From IMG/VR virus record IMGVR_UViG_3300042294_003292, positions 8,327 through 72,326 of that record: DNA of 64,000 nt. One strand, written 5' to 3'. The position numbers and the translations under genes were made by a program. The notes beneath the pieces were generated by a model that searched no databases, was not told the DNA's origin, and saw only the letters and a program-made list of their open reading frames with translations. Position 1 is the stretch's first letter; every line of letters starts with the position of its first letter. Positions 38,840 to 52,434 of this stretch are shown here, in pieces. This stretch comes from a virus.

Positions 38840-39166
38840 TTACTTCTTTGGGGAAGCCTTTTTAGTTGAAGCTGTGGCCTTCTTAGCGGCTGGCTTCTTG
38901 ATATCCGAAGACGCAACCTTGCCAGTTCCAGCAGACTTCTGAACGGCCTCTACGACATCTACGATGGCCTTTCCAAGGTCCTTGTTCTTAGACGGAGTTA
39001 CGTTAGCAAAAGCCAGGGAAGATCCTCCCACTGCTAGTACAGCAGCTGCAATTGTTAGAACCTGCTGTGCAACATCGTCGCTGATTGCTCCGATAATAAC
39101 TAGCACAGGAACTCCTGCAGCAACAAGTCCATAAATTGACTTTCGAACTTCTGGTGTTAGATTCAT
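38840..39166 (-). CDS. holin
   Basis: RKSIYG + two TM helices + basic tail; directly downstream of the endolysin. Confidence 0.75.
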   Translation of the reverse strand: MNLTPEVRKSIYGLVAAGVPVLVIIGAISDDVAQQVLTIAAAVLAVGGSSLAFANVTPSKNKDLGKAIVDVVEAVQKSAGTGKVASSDIKKPAAKKATASTKKASPKK

Positions 39167-39269
39167 AATTAATTATTCCTTTGTTTTAATTAAAATAGTT
39201 ATTGATTCCATACCCTTAAGTAGAGAATCAATGCAATAATTGTACCACTACAGCAATAGAATGTCAAGA

Positions 39270-40094
39270 CTATGGGAGCTTAATTACTTGACCAACAAGT
39301 ATTAGATTTGGGTTTTTGATGCCATTAATCTTTACAAGGGCTTCCACAGTTGTTTTATACTTGCGAGCAATGCCAGTAAGAGTTTCTCCATGAACAACAC
39401 TATGAGTTTTTGTTGACTTCTTTGCTGCTGGCTTGGTGGCAGGCTTCTTGGTTGCTGGCTGTACCGACGCCTTGGGGGCAGACTTTGGCTTGTCAGATAG
39501 AGAAGCTGGTGGGTCAACTTTTACAGATGCCCCAGGTGTTACTGGAGAGGATGCCTTGTTTGAACTAGTTGATGCAACATCTGCGTATGCTGCTGCACCA
39601 TTTAAGGCAATAACTGCATTCATAAACTCAATAGGCTCAACAAAGCCCTTGCCGTTGTCTGTCCAACCATGGGACTGGCCCTTCCAGATTTCCCAGTGCA
39701 AGTGTACTCCAGTACTCATGCCACTGGTCCCCATTACGCCCAGAACGTCTCCTGGCTTTACCTTATCTCCCTGCTTAACCTCAAAAGATCCTTTTTCTAG
39801 GTGAGCATATAGAGAGCTATAGAATTCTCCATTAATGTTGTGGGTAATCTTTACGTAGTAGCCGAACCCGCCTGGCTCCCCGTTATCTTTCTTAGTTTTT
39901 GATGGCCCAGCGTACGTAACAGTTCCAGCGTAGGGTGCGTAAATTCTGTTATCCTTTTTATTAGTATAGATAATGTCTGTGCCGTTGTGATGCTTTTTAG
40001 TCTTATGAACTGGGTGTATTCTCCAGCCCATGTAGCTTGTCACTTTCCAGTCTTTGCCTGGCTTTCCAGAAAGCGGTAGTCTTGGTGTAGTCAT
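39270..40094 (-). CDS. endolysin, M23 peptidase + LysM
   Basis: HNGTD, YAHL, HLHWE; C-terminal GETLTGIA...NPNLILVGQ LysM. Confidence 0.92.
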   Translation of the reverse strand: MTTPRLPLSGKPGKDWKVTSYMGWRIHPVHKTKKHHNGTDIIYTNKKDNRIYAPYAGTVTYAGPSKTKKDNGEPGGFGYYVKITHNINGEFYSSLYAHLEKGSFEVKQGDKVKPGDVLGVMGTSGMSTGVHLHWEIWKGQSHGWTDNGKGFVEPIEFMNAVIALNGAAAYADVASTSSNKASSPVTPGASVKVDPPASLSDKPKSAPKASVQPATKKPATKPAAKKSTKTHSVVHGETLTGIARKYKTTVEALVKINGIKNPNLILVGQVIKLP

Positions 40095-40161
40095 AATATA
40101 TCTCCTCAAAATAATTATATCATTAATAATAAAAATCCTGTCGAATGATATAATTGTAGAT

Positions 40162-40860
40162 ATGTCTCTTAACTTAGCGAACATACCCAGAATAGTGCCT
40201 GGAACATATGGCAGGGTAAAGATATCCTTCTCTCACACAGATAGATCGTACCGTTTGTATTATGATAATGTTCAGTGGATGGGGGTTTTTGCAGATTTCT
40301 CCGATGCCTTTGATAACCTATACTCTCAGTATGAAATTGCCCATGGCCGTGTTCTGATTACTGGGCTTGGCTTTGGTATCTTGCTCAAAGCCCTAGACGC
40401 AAAACAAGAAGTAGAATCAATTACTGTTATCGAAAAAGAGCAGGATATTATTGATGCTTTTTTAAAGAATAACAGGGTAAGCGACAAAGTTAAGATTATT
40501 AAAGATGACGCTACAACATATGCCCCAGAAGAAGAGTATGATTGTCTGCTGCCAGATCATTATGAAAAACAGACCTGGGAGTGGAAGGTAAACGACATGA
40601 ACGCTATTTCAAAAAGAATAAAGCACAAGCACTTCTGGCCATGGTCTATAGAGTTGTTGTTTTTTAAAAAGGTCTACCCTAAAAATGAACACACAAAAGA
40701 CATTGCCCTAATGCTCTCAGAAAATCCGTCAGAAGTTTATAAAAAATGGCAAGACTTTATTAAGGATTATTTTGAGGGAAATGAGTATCTTTTAAGTATT
40801 GAGCAGGAAAAAATAGTTCAATATCTATACTTATACAAAAAGCACTATCCTTACAGATAG
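40162..40860 (+). CDS. class I SAM-dependent methyltransferase / spermidine-synthase-like
   Basis: VLITGLGFG, ITVIEK, IIKDDA. Confidence 0.75.
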   Translation: MSLNLANIPRIVPGTYGRVKISFSHTDRSYRLYYDNVQWMGVFADFSDAFDNLYSQYEIAHGRVLITGLGFGILLKALDAKQEVESITVIEKEQDIIDAFLKNNRVSDKVKIIKDDATTYAPEEEYDCLLPDHYEKQTWEWKVNDMNAISKRIKHKHFWPWSIELLFFKKVYPKNEHTKDIALMLSENPSEVYKKWQDFIKDYFEGNEYLLSIEQEKIVQYLYLYKKHYPYR

Positions 40861-40863
40861 TGA

Positions 40864-41181
40864 TTACTGCTGCTCTTCGCCGTCTTCGATAGCAAGTTCT
40901 TCTGGAGCCTCTTCAACGACAGATGCTTCTGTTTGGCTACCATTGTTTTGACCAATCAGAATTCCTGCTAGTGTTCCAGTAATAAACGTTGCAATGCTTC
41001 CCAATACATTGAAGAACATCTTGTCGTTCTCAGACTGAGCTCCAATTGGCTGAGTCACAAAAATTAAAGCGTACAAGATTCCTATTGCAGTCATTAACAG
41101 AATAGATCCAAGGATCAGTCCGAGACTAAACTTAAGTCTAGCCTCTAGTTCTGATGAAGTATATCTGCGACCTCTAGCCAT
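40864..41181 (-). CDS. two-TM membrane protein
   Basis: Two hydrophobic helices. Confidence 0.75.
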   Translation of the reverse strand: MARGRRYTSSELEARLKFSLGLILGSILLMTAIGILYALIFVTQPIGAQSENDKMFFNVLGSIATFITGTLAGILIGQNNGSQTEASVVEEAPEELAIEDGEEQQ

Positions 41182-41476
41182 TTACATTTTCCTCTACTGT
41201 TTCAGACTCTTCTTCTACGACTACCTCTTCGGAGCTAGTAGATTCGTCTACGGTTTGATCTTCTTCTATTGTATCAGATTCTGGAGCAAATGGATCGTAG
41301 CCAAGAAGGTCTTTTAGGCATGTACCAGAGGCCTCACAAACTGGAGGCTTGCACTCTACTTTTTCCCAGTTTTCTGGATCCTGGCAGGGGTACCGATAAT
41401 GACCGTCATAGCCGCATCCAGAGAGGGTAATTGTTAGAAATGCAGCAGAAATAAGTCCCAATACTTTCTTTTTCAT
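41174..41476 (-). CDS. lipoprotein
   Basis: LSGC lipobox; RYPCQDPENW. Confidence 0.75.
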   Translation of the reverse strand: MKKKVLGLISAAFLTITLSGCGYDGHYRYPCQDPENWEKVECKPPVCEASGTCLKDLLGYDPFAPESDTIEEDQTVDESTSSEEVVVEEESETVEENVNG

Positions 41477-41498
41477 ATCTATATTATATCTCTCTTTA

Positions 41499-41678
41499 TT
41501 ACTCGCTCTTGTTTCTGATTGGATAGGTCACAACCCAGATACCTAGGGTAATCAGGATAAGCATACCAGTTAGGTCTTTAGCGCTTCCCTCCAAAACCAG
41601 CCAGGCAACAACCATTCCAAGCAAAGTCCAAGACTGGTCTACTATGTCTTTAAAAAGACCCTGTAAGAACTTCTTCAT
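41499..41678 (-). CDS. small two-TM membrane protein (59 aa)
   Basis: Manual translation MKKFLQGLFKDIVDQSWTLLGM...; GGAGG RBS. Confidence 0.65.
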   Translation of the reverse strand: MKKFLQGLFKDIVDQSWTLLGMVVAWLVLEGSAKDLTGMLILITLGIWVVTYPIRNKSE

Positions 41679-41686
41679 TTTTCCTC

Positions 41687-42085
41687 CTACTTTTTACGTT
41701 TTGATTTTAGTAAATCAAAATCCTTAACCTTGGTTTCTCCAAGGTAGCTCCAGGCATATCCTTCATCAATCATTATTTCATTGATTGATTTGTTTGATCC
41801 GTCTAGAAATACCCATCCCAAGACTCTTCCATATTTTTCTGAAGAGTCTGGCTTTTCTGTTTTAATAACAACATCTTTTGCTGAAGAAATTGCCTTTTTT
41901 AAAAACTCTTTTGACTCAAGACCTAGGGCTTTTTCTTCTTTATCCTTTGTTCTTGACTCTGGAGTATCTATTCCAGCAAGTCTGACTCTTTGAGAATAAG
42001 AAATATTAAACCCAAGATCTATGTCTACATCGATTGTATCCCCATCGACTATGCCAGCAACCCTCTTTACTCTATATTCATACAT
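41687..42085 (-). CDS. thermonuclease (SNase family)
   Basis: VDGDTIDV, RVRLAGIDTPE, KYGRVLG. Confidence 0.92.
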   Translation of the reverse strand: MYEYRVKRVAGIVDGDTIDVDIDLGFNISYSQRVRLAGIDTPESRTKDKEEKALGLESKEFLKKAISSAKDVVIKTEKPDSSEKYGRVLGWVFLDGSNKSINEIMIDEGYAWSYLGETKVKDFDLLKSKRKK

Positions 42086-42086
42086 A

Positions 42087-43919
42087 TTATGATCCGTTCC
42101 TTATGTTTATTGTAGTTGCAATTCCACTTATAGAGATTGCAGACAGTGCTGCCTGGACTGCAACAATTGCTGTAACCACTACCTTCTCCGAAGTTTCTCT
42201 AACTTGCGGACTCATGTCTGCTCCAGCATTACCCAAAAAGTTTACAAGCTCTACAGCCCCCTCAAGGGCATCTCCTAGGAGAGGCACAGCTGCAAGGGAC
42301 TCGTCTAATACAATGTCATCTTGCTGAGCTGCAACCATTAAGGCTTCTAGGGCCTGCTCATATTCTTCAGAACCCTGCTCTGCTGTCTCAAAGACCGCTA
42401 GGGCTGCCTCAACTAGCGCTTCTGCTTGTTCAGCAGTCAGCTCTGTTGGCACGATCTCTTCCAAGTTTACCGACATAAGCTCTTCTGGCGAAATGTCTAC
42501 TGGTAAATCTTCGGCAGATGTGATAGACTCTTCTTCAGAAGGAGATGGTTCAGGTGAAGGTTCAGGATCAACTGGCTCAGGAGATGGCTCAGGCAAAGGC
42601 CCTGGTTCAACAGGCTCTGGAGAGGGCTCTACAGGTTCTGTGGTTGGCTCTTCTGGTTGCACTGGTTCCACTGGCTCTGGTGTGGTCGTTTCTTCTGGCA
42701 CTGGTTCCAGGGACGGTTCTGGCTCTGGGACTACTGGTATGGTTGGCGGTACGACAGGTTCAACGGGCGGTACGACAGGAAGAACTGGGGTAGGTTCAGG
42801 CGTTGGCTCAGGAGTAGGAGCTGGAGTAACTGGAATATCCTCGTAAACTACAAGAAGAATAAGAACTTTTGGGGTTCCAGGTGCTGGATCGTTTCCAAAT
42901 ACAATATTTGATACCTCAACTGTTGCAGAGGTTGATCCGCCAATTAGGTCAAATAAAATTGATGAAACGTCTTGGCCACGAGTTCCGTCATCAGGGTCTC
43001 CGTAATATCCCGAAACGCTTGCAACTCTTTGTCCTTGTGGGGCAACTACTGAAAAGCTAGAGTTTTCCTGAACTACTGTGGCACCTTCTGGAACAACTGG
43101 AGCACTTACAGATGGGGTAGGAGTTGGTGTTGGAGACTCTGTGGGCGTAGGAGTTGGTTCTGGGGATACTGTAGGGGATTCTGTGGGTGTTGGAGTTGGC
43201 TCTGGGGATACTGTAGGGGATTCTGTGGGTGTTGGAGTTGGCTCTGGAACAAAGGGCGATTCAGTAGTTGGCTCTGGTGCTAGCTCTGGAGTCTCTTCTG
43301 TTTCCTGAATTCCATATGTTTCAAAGTCTACAACAGTTCCATCGTTTAGACGCACACCAGTTCTTGGATTATTCTGTGGATATTCTGGGCCACTTAAAGT
43401 GTAAGCCATGGCTACCGTACCGTCTGAAAGAATGGCAGCTGTAATGACGATATTAGTTGGCTCTGGCGTATTTTGTAGCCAGATAGGTCTGGCAGAAATA
43501 TCTACCTGGAACCCTCCATCAGAAGATCTAATGATTAAGTGCTCATCGCTTCTCCATTGTGGGTATACCACCCAGTCAAAAGAGTATAGTGAAATCGAAG
43601 GTGTGCTTGGGTAGGTCCAATAAGTACCGTCTGGCCTGCCAAAGGTGATTACTGAATTTGTTGTGGCATAGATGCTGTTATAGCTTACTCCATCAAATGT
43701 AACATTGACGGACAGTGGGACCTGATAAGAGACATCGTCTCCACCACAGGTGTTGATTTCTACAACCACTGGCTCAGATGAAGAGGCCTGTTGTGCAGCT
43801 GCTACAGCAGCTACCTGACCTGGGTTTACGCAATTTGCATTTGCAATATCGGATATGCCAAACACTGGAAAGAATGCCAGGGTAAGGGCAGCGATAATTC
43901 TTCCTACTTTATTTTTAAT
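42087..43919 (-). CDS. secreted/anchored Pro-Thr-Glu-rich surface protein (probable ATT start)
   Basis: Signal peptide complete only from ATT 43919; [14 protein letters not shown] repeats; C-terminal hydrophobic anchor. Confidence 0.75.
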   Translation of the reverse strand: MKNKVGRIIAALTLAFFPVFGISDIANANCVNPGQVAAVAAAQQASSSEPVVVEINTCGGDDVSYQVPLSVNVTFDGVSYNSIYATTNSVITFGRPDGTYWTYPSTPSISLYSFDWVVYPQWRSDEHLIIRSSDGGFQVDISARPIWLQNTPEPTNIVITAAILSDGTVAMAYTLSGPEYPQNNPRTGVRLNDGTVVDFETYGIQETEETPELAPEPTTESPFVPEPTPTPTESPTVSPEPTPTPTESPTVSPEPTPTPTESPTPTPTPSVSAPVVPEGATVVQENSSFSVVAPQGQRVASVSGYYGDPDDGTRGQDVSSILFDLIGGSTSATVEVSNIVFGNDPAPGTPKVLILLVVYEDIPVTPAPTPEPTPEPTPVLPVVPPVEPVVPPTIPVVPEPEPSLEPVPEETTTPEPVEPVQPEEPTTEPVEPSPEPVEPGPLPEPSPEPVDPEPSPEPSPSEEESITSAEDLPVDISPEELMSVNLEEIVPTELTAEQAEALVEAALAVFETAEQGSEEYEQALEALMVAAQQDDIVLDESLAAVPLLGDALEGAVELVNFLGNAGADMSPQVRETSEKVVVTAIVAVQAALSAISISGIATTINIRNGS

Positions 43920-43982
43920 CTTATATCACTCCAGATTAAATTAGTTAAAATACTTTCTTATCAATTATAAGACATTTTTACA

Positions 43983-44555
43983 TTAACTAATAATCTGAGC
44001 GTTAAACTGTAGTCCGCCTCTGACTGAGTCCTGGGTCTCTATTCTGTGCCATAGGCCCTGTGGGAAAAACAAAAGGTCTCCAGGCTCTGGGTAAAACTCT
44101 TCTAGGTAAGATGCAGATTCCGAATCTTTAGAATTTGACAGAACCCACTTTGCTTTTCCCTCACACTGCAGGGCAAAGGCATGCCAAGAATCTACGTGAA
44201 AGTCAACAATGTGTGGGCCTATACATATCTTTGGCCCCACTAGCATTATGTTAATATTAGTTTTTTCTCTAATGCTATTTAACATTTCCTCTATTTTAGG
44301 AAAGTGAATTGATGCTTTTGTATTATCTAAGTGTGATGATAGATAAAGATTGTCTGATAAGAGAACATTTCCATAAGCTTTTTCTTTAGAGCTTAAGTCT
44401 TTAGCATCGCTTTCCTGAGACTCCTGGTGCAAGCAGTTTAATAGATCACTCCAGGTTGGGGTATCGTTTTTGCTAAGAAAACCTTTAAACAGAAAACCTG
44501 TTTTGTCTAGTATTGCCTGATCTACCTTTTGCTTAAAGTCTTCATAATTTATCAT
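43983..44555 (-). CDS. JmjC/cupin-like oxygenase
   Basis: FHVD...QCEGKAKW...PGDLLFFPQGLWH. Confidence 0.85.
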   Translation of the reverse strand: MINYEDFKQKVDQAILDKTGFLFKGFLSKNDTPTWSDLLNCLHQESQESDAKDLSSKEKAYGNVLLSDNLYLSSHLDNTKASIHFPKIEEMLNSIREKTNINIMLVGPKICIGPHIVDFHVDSWHAFALQCEGKAKWVLSNSKDSESASYLEEFYPEPGDLLFFPQGLWHRIETQDSVRGGLQFNAQIIS

Positions 44556-44576
44556 AGAATCATTTTATCATAATGA

Positions 44577-44652
44577 TGGCAGTCCGTACGGGACTTGAAC
44601 CCGTGTTCTTCTGCGTGAAAGGCAGACGAGATAACCACTACTCCAACGGACC
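44577..44652 (-). tRNA. tRNA-Glu(TTC)
   Basis: Cloverleaf, CTTTCAC anticodon loop, encoded CCA. Confidence 0.95.
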
Positions 44653-44655
44653 CTG

Positions 44656-44727
<72 letters not shown>

Positions 44728-44731
44728 ATGA

Positions 44732-44758
44732 GGGCAGTTTTATATCTTGCCCAGGATA
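44732..44758 (-). ncRNA. 3'-UTR pseudoknot between katG and tRNA-Thr
   Basis: TATC-CT-GGGCA-A-GATA-TAAAAC-TGCCC. Confidence 0.7.
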
Positions 44759-44763
44759 GTCTG

Positions 44764-46917
44764 TTAGAACAAGTCGGAATTCATCAGCTTTGTCCAAACT
44801 TTAGAAAAGTCTTTCTTTAGCTTTTCTAGTCCATCGCTTGAGGCGTATACTTCGCAGTAAGCCCTTAGTACAGAGTTTGAAGCAAATACCATATCTGATC
44901 TTGTAGCGGTCCACTTAAGGTCCCTTGTCTTACGGTCGAAGCCGTTGTATAGGCTATCCTCAGATGCCTTCCACTCAGTATTCATATCTAGGACATTAAT
45001 AAAGAAGTCGTTAGACAGAGTTCCTGGATTGTCTGTTAGGACGCCCCTACCGTTAGACGGGATTCCCAAAGATCGTAGTCCTCCATAAAGAGCTGTCATC
45101 TCTGGAGGAGTAAGACCTAGCAAGGTTGCCTTTTCAATTAATGACTTGTCTAATGAATCAGCAAACTCTTTATGAGACCAGTTAACGAATGCATCTGCAA
45201 CTGGATATAGATAGTTGAATGACTCTATATCTGTCAGCTCCTGCGTGGCGTCTCCACGACCACCAGTAAATACAACACGAGTATCAGAGGCCTTTTCTAG
45301 TGCATATGTTCCAGCTAAAACAATCAGGTCTGCCAATGACATCTGGTTTCCCATTTCATTACGAACCTCTTGAACCGCATCTAGAGTTGCAAGAACAGAA
45401 GAGTTTACTGGCCATGATCGTTGAGGCAAGAATGCAATCCTTGCACCATTTGCACCGCCCCTCTTGTCAGTGTTTCTGTAAGTAGAGGCGGAGGCATAGG
45501 CAAGCCTAATTAAGTCCACATTGCTAACGTCTAGGCCATCGATAAGCTTTTTTGCTTTTTCAATGGCGGTCTCGTCTGGGACTGGTGCACTCTGCACAGG
45601 ATCTTGCCACAGAAGAACTTCTGCTGGGACCTCTGAGCCGTGGTACCTGGATCTTGGTCCCATATCTCTGTGGGTTAGCTTAAACCATGCACGTGCAAAT
45701 GCATCTGTAAAGTACTCAAAGTCTTCCAAGAACTTTCTACAAATCTTGTCATACTCCTCGTCACCAAACCTTAGCGCAAGGTCAGTAGTAAGCATTCTTG
45801 GAACAACCTTTACATCTTCAAGGTGTGCATGAGGAGCTGCATCTTGTGCCTCAAAGTTAGATGGAACCCACTGCTTAGCTCCTGCTGGAGATTCTTCTGG
45901 TACCCAATCATACTTATAGATTAGCCTTAGATAGTCGTTATCCCACTGAGTAGGATTTGGCGTCCAGGTAACCTCTAGACCAGAAGAGATGGTGTCTTCT
46001 GAGTGTCCCTTGCCCTGGGAGTTTTTCCAGCCTAATCCAACTGCAGCAAGATCGTCAACAGCTTCTGGCTCTGGTCCAACCTGCGAGGCAGGTCCCGCTC
46101 CATGAGTCTTTCCAAATGCGTGTCCTCCAGCAATAAGAGCTACAGTTTCTTCATCATTCATAGCCATTCGTCCGAATGTCTCACGAATATCTGCAGCAGC
46201 CAGCTTAAAGTCTGGATTGCCATCTGGTCCTTCTGGATTTACATAAATCAGCCCCATCTGCACTGCAGCAAGAGGATCCTCTAGTGTGCTTGCTTCTCTT
46301 GACTCGTCATACCGCTTGCTTGCTAGCCACTCAGTCTCGTCACCCCAATAGGTGTTGTCTGGCTCCCAGACATCTTCACGACCTCCTGCAAATCCAAAGG
46401 TAGGGAAGCCCATGTCTTCAAGAGCAACGTTCCCTGCTAGAATCATTAGATCAGCCCAGCTGAGTTTGCGACCGTACTTCTGCTTGACTGGCCACAAAAG
46501 TCTACGGGCCTTATCTAGGTTAATGTTGTCTGGCCAGGAGTTTAGTGGGGCAAAGCGATGTAGTCCCTGTCCGCCACCTCCACGGCCATCTGAAACACGA
46601 TATGTTCCAGCAGAGTGCCAAGCCATTCTAATGAACAGTGGGCCATAGTGTCCGTAGTCTGCAGGCCACCACTCTTGCGATGTCCTCATGACTTGAACAA
46701 TATCCTTCTTTACATCTGCCAAGTCTAGTGTCTTAAACTCTTCAACATAGTTAAAGTCATCATCCATAGGATTGCTCTTAGGATTATTGTGAAGCAGTGG
46801 CTCTAATGAAATTTGATTAGGCCACCAGTCTTTATTTGTTGTGCCTCTTGAACTTGAAGCTTTTGTTTTTGATCCATGCTGACCGTGGTCAACTGGACAC
46901 TCATTAATATCTGCCAT
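44764..46917 (-). CDS. katG: catalase-peroxidase
   Basis: [51 protein letters not shown]. Confidence 0.98.
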   Translation of the reverse strand: MADINECPVDHGQHGSKTKASSSRGTTNKDWWPNQISLEPLLHNNPKSNPMDDDFNYVEEFKTLDLADVKKDIVQVMRTSQEWWPADYGHYGPLFIRMAWHSAGTYRVSDGRGGGGQGLHRFAPLNSWPDNINLDKARRLLWPVKQKYGRKLSWADLMILAGNVALEDMGFPTFGFAGGREDVWEPDNTYWGDETEWLASKRYDESREASTLEDPLAAVQMGLIYVNPEGPDGNPDFKLAAADIRETFGRMAMNDEETVALIAGGHAFGKTHGAGPASQVGPEPEAVDDLAAVGLGWKNSQGKGHSEDTISSGLEVTWTPNPTQWDNDYLRLIYKYDWVPEESPAGAKQWVPSNFEAQDAAPHAHLEDVKVVPRMLTTDLALRFGDEEYDKICRKFLEDFEYFTDAFARAWFKLTHRDMGPRSRYHGSEVPAEVLLWQDPVQSAPVPDETAIEKAKKLIDGLDVSNVDLIRLAYASASTYRNTDKRGGANGARIAFLPQRSWPVNSSVLATLDAVQEVRNEMGNQMSLADLIVLAGTYALEKASDTRVVFTGGRGDATQELTDIESFNYLYPVADAFVNWSHKEFADSLDKSLIEKATLLGLTPPEMTALYGGLRSLGIPSNGRGVLTDNPGTLSNDFFINVLDMNTEWKASEDSLYNGFDRKTRDLKWTATRSDMVFASNSVLRAYCEVYASSDGLEKLKKDFSKVWTKLMNSDLF

Positions 46918-46932
46918 ATTATCTCTTTCTAA

Positions 46933-47130
46933 TTACTTAATCTTTACAAATCTGGCCCAGATACGCTCATGAATGAAATATGCCAGAGCCTCCCAAGCAA
47001 TGTAAACAAGTGCTCCTAGACTAGCATACTCCCACTTGCCTGTGATTATAAAGATTACTCCTGCTATGATAACCAGGTGCACGAACTCCCAGCTCAGTGT
47101 CTTGATTAAACTTCTCTTTGTGCTTTCCAT
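46933..47130 (-). CDS. DUF2061-like membrane protein
   Basis: RSLIKTLSW...YFIHERIW. Confidence 0.8.
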   Translation of the reverse strand: MESTKRSLIKTLSWEFVHLVIIAGVIFIITGKWEYASLGALVYIAWEALAYFIHERIWARFVKIK

Positions 47131-47158
47131 GTTTCCTTCCTATTGGCTTTTCTGCCAG

Positions 47159-47232
47159 CGACTCCAACCAGACTTGAACTGGCGACCCCTACCGTGACAG
47201 GGTAGTGCTCTAACCAACTGAGCTATGGAGCC
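47159..47232 (-). tRNA. tRNA-Asp(GTC)
   Basis: Cloverleaf, CTGTCAC anticodon loop. Confidence 0.95.
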
Positions 47233-47285
47233 TAATGCCCATTTTTATCTCATACCCGTGAGAGTGGTATGGGCCACACCATTAG

Positions 47286-47357
47286 CTCCCCCTCGTGGAT
47301 TCGAACCACGAACCTTAGAGTTAACAGCTCTCTGCTCTGCCATTGAGCTAAGGGGGA
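47286..47357 (-). tRNA. tRNA-Asn(GTT)
   Basis: Cloverleaf, CTGTTAA anticodon loop. Confidence 0.95.
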
Positions 47358-47362
47358 ATTTG

Positions 47363-47605
47363 CTATAAGCTAAATCCACTATTCGTTGCTCTCCAGATTG
47401 ATGGAGAGTGATTTTCTTCTACTGCAGCTTTTACCTCAGTGTCTTCATAAAGTCTGATGATATGAACACAAGGGTCTCCATCTTCAAACTCGGTATATTC
47501 TTGATCACTTAGAGGTAGACCATCATGTGTATAGCAAACAGCTGGTCCACAAAATCCATTTGTGATTCCTTCCTGAAGCCATTCTGAAAAGTCAATCTTG
47601 CTCAT
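47363..47605 (-). CDS. hypothetical protein
   Basis: CGPAVCYTHDGLP...DPCVHIIRL. Confidence 0.7.
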   Translation of the reverse strand: MSKIDFSEWLQEGITNGFCGPAVCYTHDGLPLSDQEYTEFEDGDPCVHIIRLYEDTEVKAAVEENHSPSIWRATNSGFSL

Positions 47606-47620
47606 AGCTGTTCCTTTTGT

Positions 47621-48406
47621 TTACTTGTTGGTAGCAGCAGCAATTACTGTTGCCACAGAGGTTGTAAAGCCTACCATGAAAGGGTTGCTGTCTGTTAGAG
47701 TTACGGCAAAAGAGTCGTGAAGACCTTGCAAAGCAGTTCTAGACGACTTTAGCTTTGCGCTAGAGTAAACTGGCCCAGACAAAAGGATGTCAGACAGCTT
47801 AGCGCTTCCTACATACTGACTAGATCCAACAGCAACTGCATCAGAGATACATGCTGGGTAGTCAACATTATTTCCGCTTGCATAGTTTCCAGAGGATGCA
47901 TAGAACTTAACTCCAGCATTCTTTAAACCAGCAATGGCGTTTACAATGTTCGTGTGAGCAACGTTAACGTTTACTCCTGGAGAAGATGGTAGGCACCTTG
48001 CACCATTTCCAGCATTATAAGAGAAAGATACAGCCTTGATGTTGTACTGTGCAGCATTTGCTACTACCCAGTTAAGGGCTGTCAGCAACTGGTTTCCAGT
48101 AATTACACCAGTCTTAGTTGACCCAGCCTCAAGAAGAAGCAGGTGTGCTGATGGATTGTTTGCCCTAGCGATATCTGCCATAGCTGTTCCGTGGTTAAAT
48201 GCTTTAAACTGTGAAGCATTTCTAGGAGTTACAGACATGTTACAAATTGTCTGAGAGGTTACGCAAACCTCTGTAACCTTTCCATCAATCAGATGAGACT
48301 CAAAGTTTACATCGATGATCGCTACGGATGGTTGGTTGTTTGCTTGTGCTGGCGCAACGCTAAATACAGCTAGCAGTGCAACGGCAGCAATTATAATTTT
48401 TTTCAT
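47621..48406 (-). CDS. secreted subtilisin-like (S8) protein
   Basis: Signal peptide, VAIID, HGTAM, ASSGN, YPACI, TTSVAT. Confidence 0.8.
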   Translation of the reverse strand: MKKIIIAAVALLAVFSVAPAQANNQPSVAIIDVNFESHLIDGKVTEVCVTSQTICNMSVTPRNASQFKAFNHGTAMADIARANNPSAHLLLLEAGSTKTGVITGNQLLTALNWVVANAAQYNIKAVSFSYNAGNGARCLPSSPGVNVNVAHTNIVNAIAGLKNAGVKFYASSGNYASGNNVDYPACISDAVAVGSSQYVGSAKLSDILLSGPVYSSAKLKSSRTALQGLHDSFAVTLTDSNPFMVGFTTSVATVIAAATNK

Positions 48407-48491
48407 TGTTTCATACCCTATCGTTTTCATAGTAATAATATACCAAATAACTGCAAAAAAAGCAAGAACTATTTATTTAAAATAAAACAAA

Positions 48492-48872
48492 TTAAGACTG
48501 ATCTAGGATCTTAAAGCCATTTTGTCTATCTAAATACTGCCACTGCATATCTACTATGCCAAAGGTTTCAGACAAGTAGTCTAGAACGTCTATGTGGCTT
48601 AAGTCTCCACAGGTATACAGGTCAAACTGAATAACCATAGGGTCAAGCTTTTCCCAAATATGAAAAGCAATATGAGATGTCTCTACTGATACCGTTGCAG
48701 TTATGCCCTCGTTTCCAGGCATATCTACATACTTTGAAATTGGCCCAGCTGCTATCTTCATGTCGATTCTATCGACTAGCCGTCTTAGCCAATCTTTTGC
48801 ATCTTCTTCTGTCCTAATTGGGTTTGTGATTTCTGCTCTTACCATTAGGTGCAGGTGTTTGATTTCTTTCAT
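48492..48872 (-). CDS. speD: S-adenosylmethionine decarboxylase proenzyme
   Basis: ETSHIAFHIW and FDLYTCG. Confidence 0.88.
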   Translation of the reverse strand: MKEIKHLHLMVRAEITNPIRTEEDAKDWLRRLVDRIDMKIAAGPISKYVDMPGNEGITATVSVETSHIAFHIWEKLDPMVIQFDLYTCGDLSHIDVLDYLSETFGIVDMQWQYLDRQNGFKILDQS

Positions 48873-48884
48873 GTACTTCCTATC

Positions 48885-51952
<3,068 letters not shown>

Positions 51953-51960
<8 letters not shown>

Positions 51961-52354
51961 ATAGTATCTCCAACCTCTTTTTTATTTTTTCAACGTCATA
52001 TTCAGTCCCAAAGATTTCGACCTTTGCAACTATCGGTACGCCAGTTTTACTTGAAATCATTTCTGCAGCTTTGCAAAAATGTTCCCCAAAGTTTGTGTTT
52101 CCAGTTCCTATTACTCCACGTAGTAGGTCTCTGTTTTGTTCGATATTTAAAAAATGTCGAACCTGTCGTGGGATTGCAGATTTATCACTGCCCCCACCAT
52201 AAGTAGGTACAACAAGTATGTACTCGCTATGAACAACGGTAGGAGAGCCAGGGTCCCAATCAATAGGAATGCGGGTAGCAGCTCCACTTATTTTTTCTAC
52301 CAATCTTTTAGTATTTCCAGAATAGTTAGAAAAATATACAATGTTGATGGACAT
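51953..52354 (-). CDS. nrdI: NrdI flavodoxin
   Basis: [23 protein letters not shown]. Confidence 0.95.
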
Positions 52355-52387
52355 CTATTCTAACTCCTGTTTTAAACTTGGTGAGGC

Positions 52388-52420
52388 AAAGGGGAGGGCA
52401 TTTTAATACCTCTCCCCTTT
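52388..52420. terminator. intrinsic terminator-like hairpin
   Basis: AAAGGGGAGGG...CCTCTCCCCTTT. Confidence 0.6.
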
Positions 52421-52434
52421 ACCAATATCTTTAC

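Noticed and set aside
42493-43308. Gly/Ser-rich + strand ORFs
   Set aside because: Antisense shadows of the Pro-rich repeats
47233-47285. Theta/HDV-like ribozyme after tRNA-Asn
   Set aside because: Could not build the nested double pseudoknot by eye; fits the simpler H-type motif better
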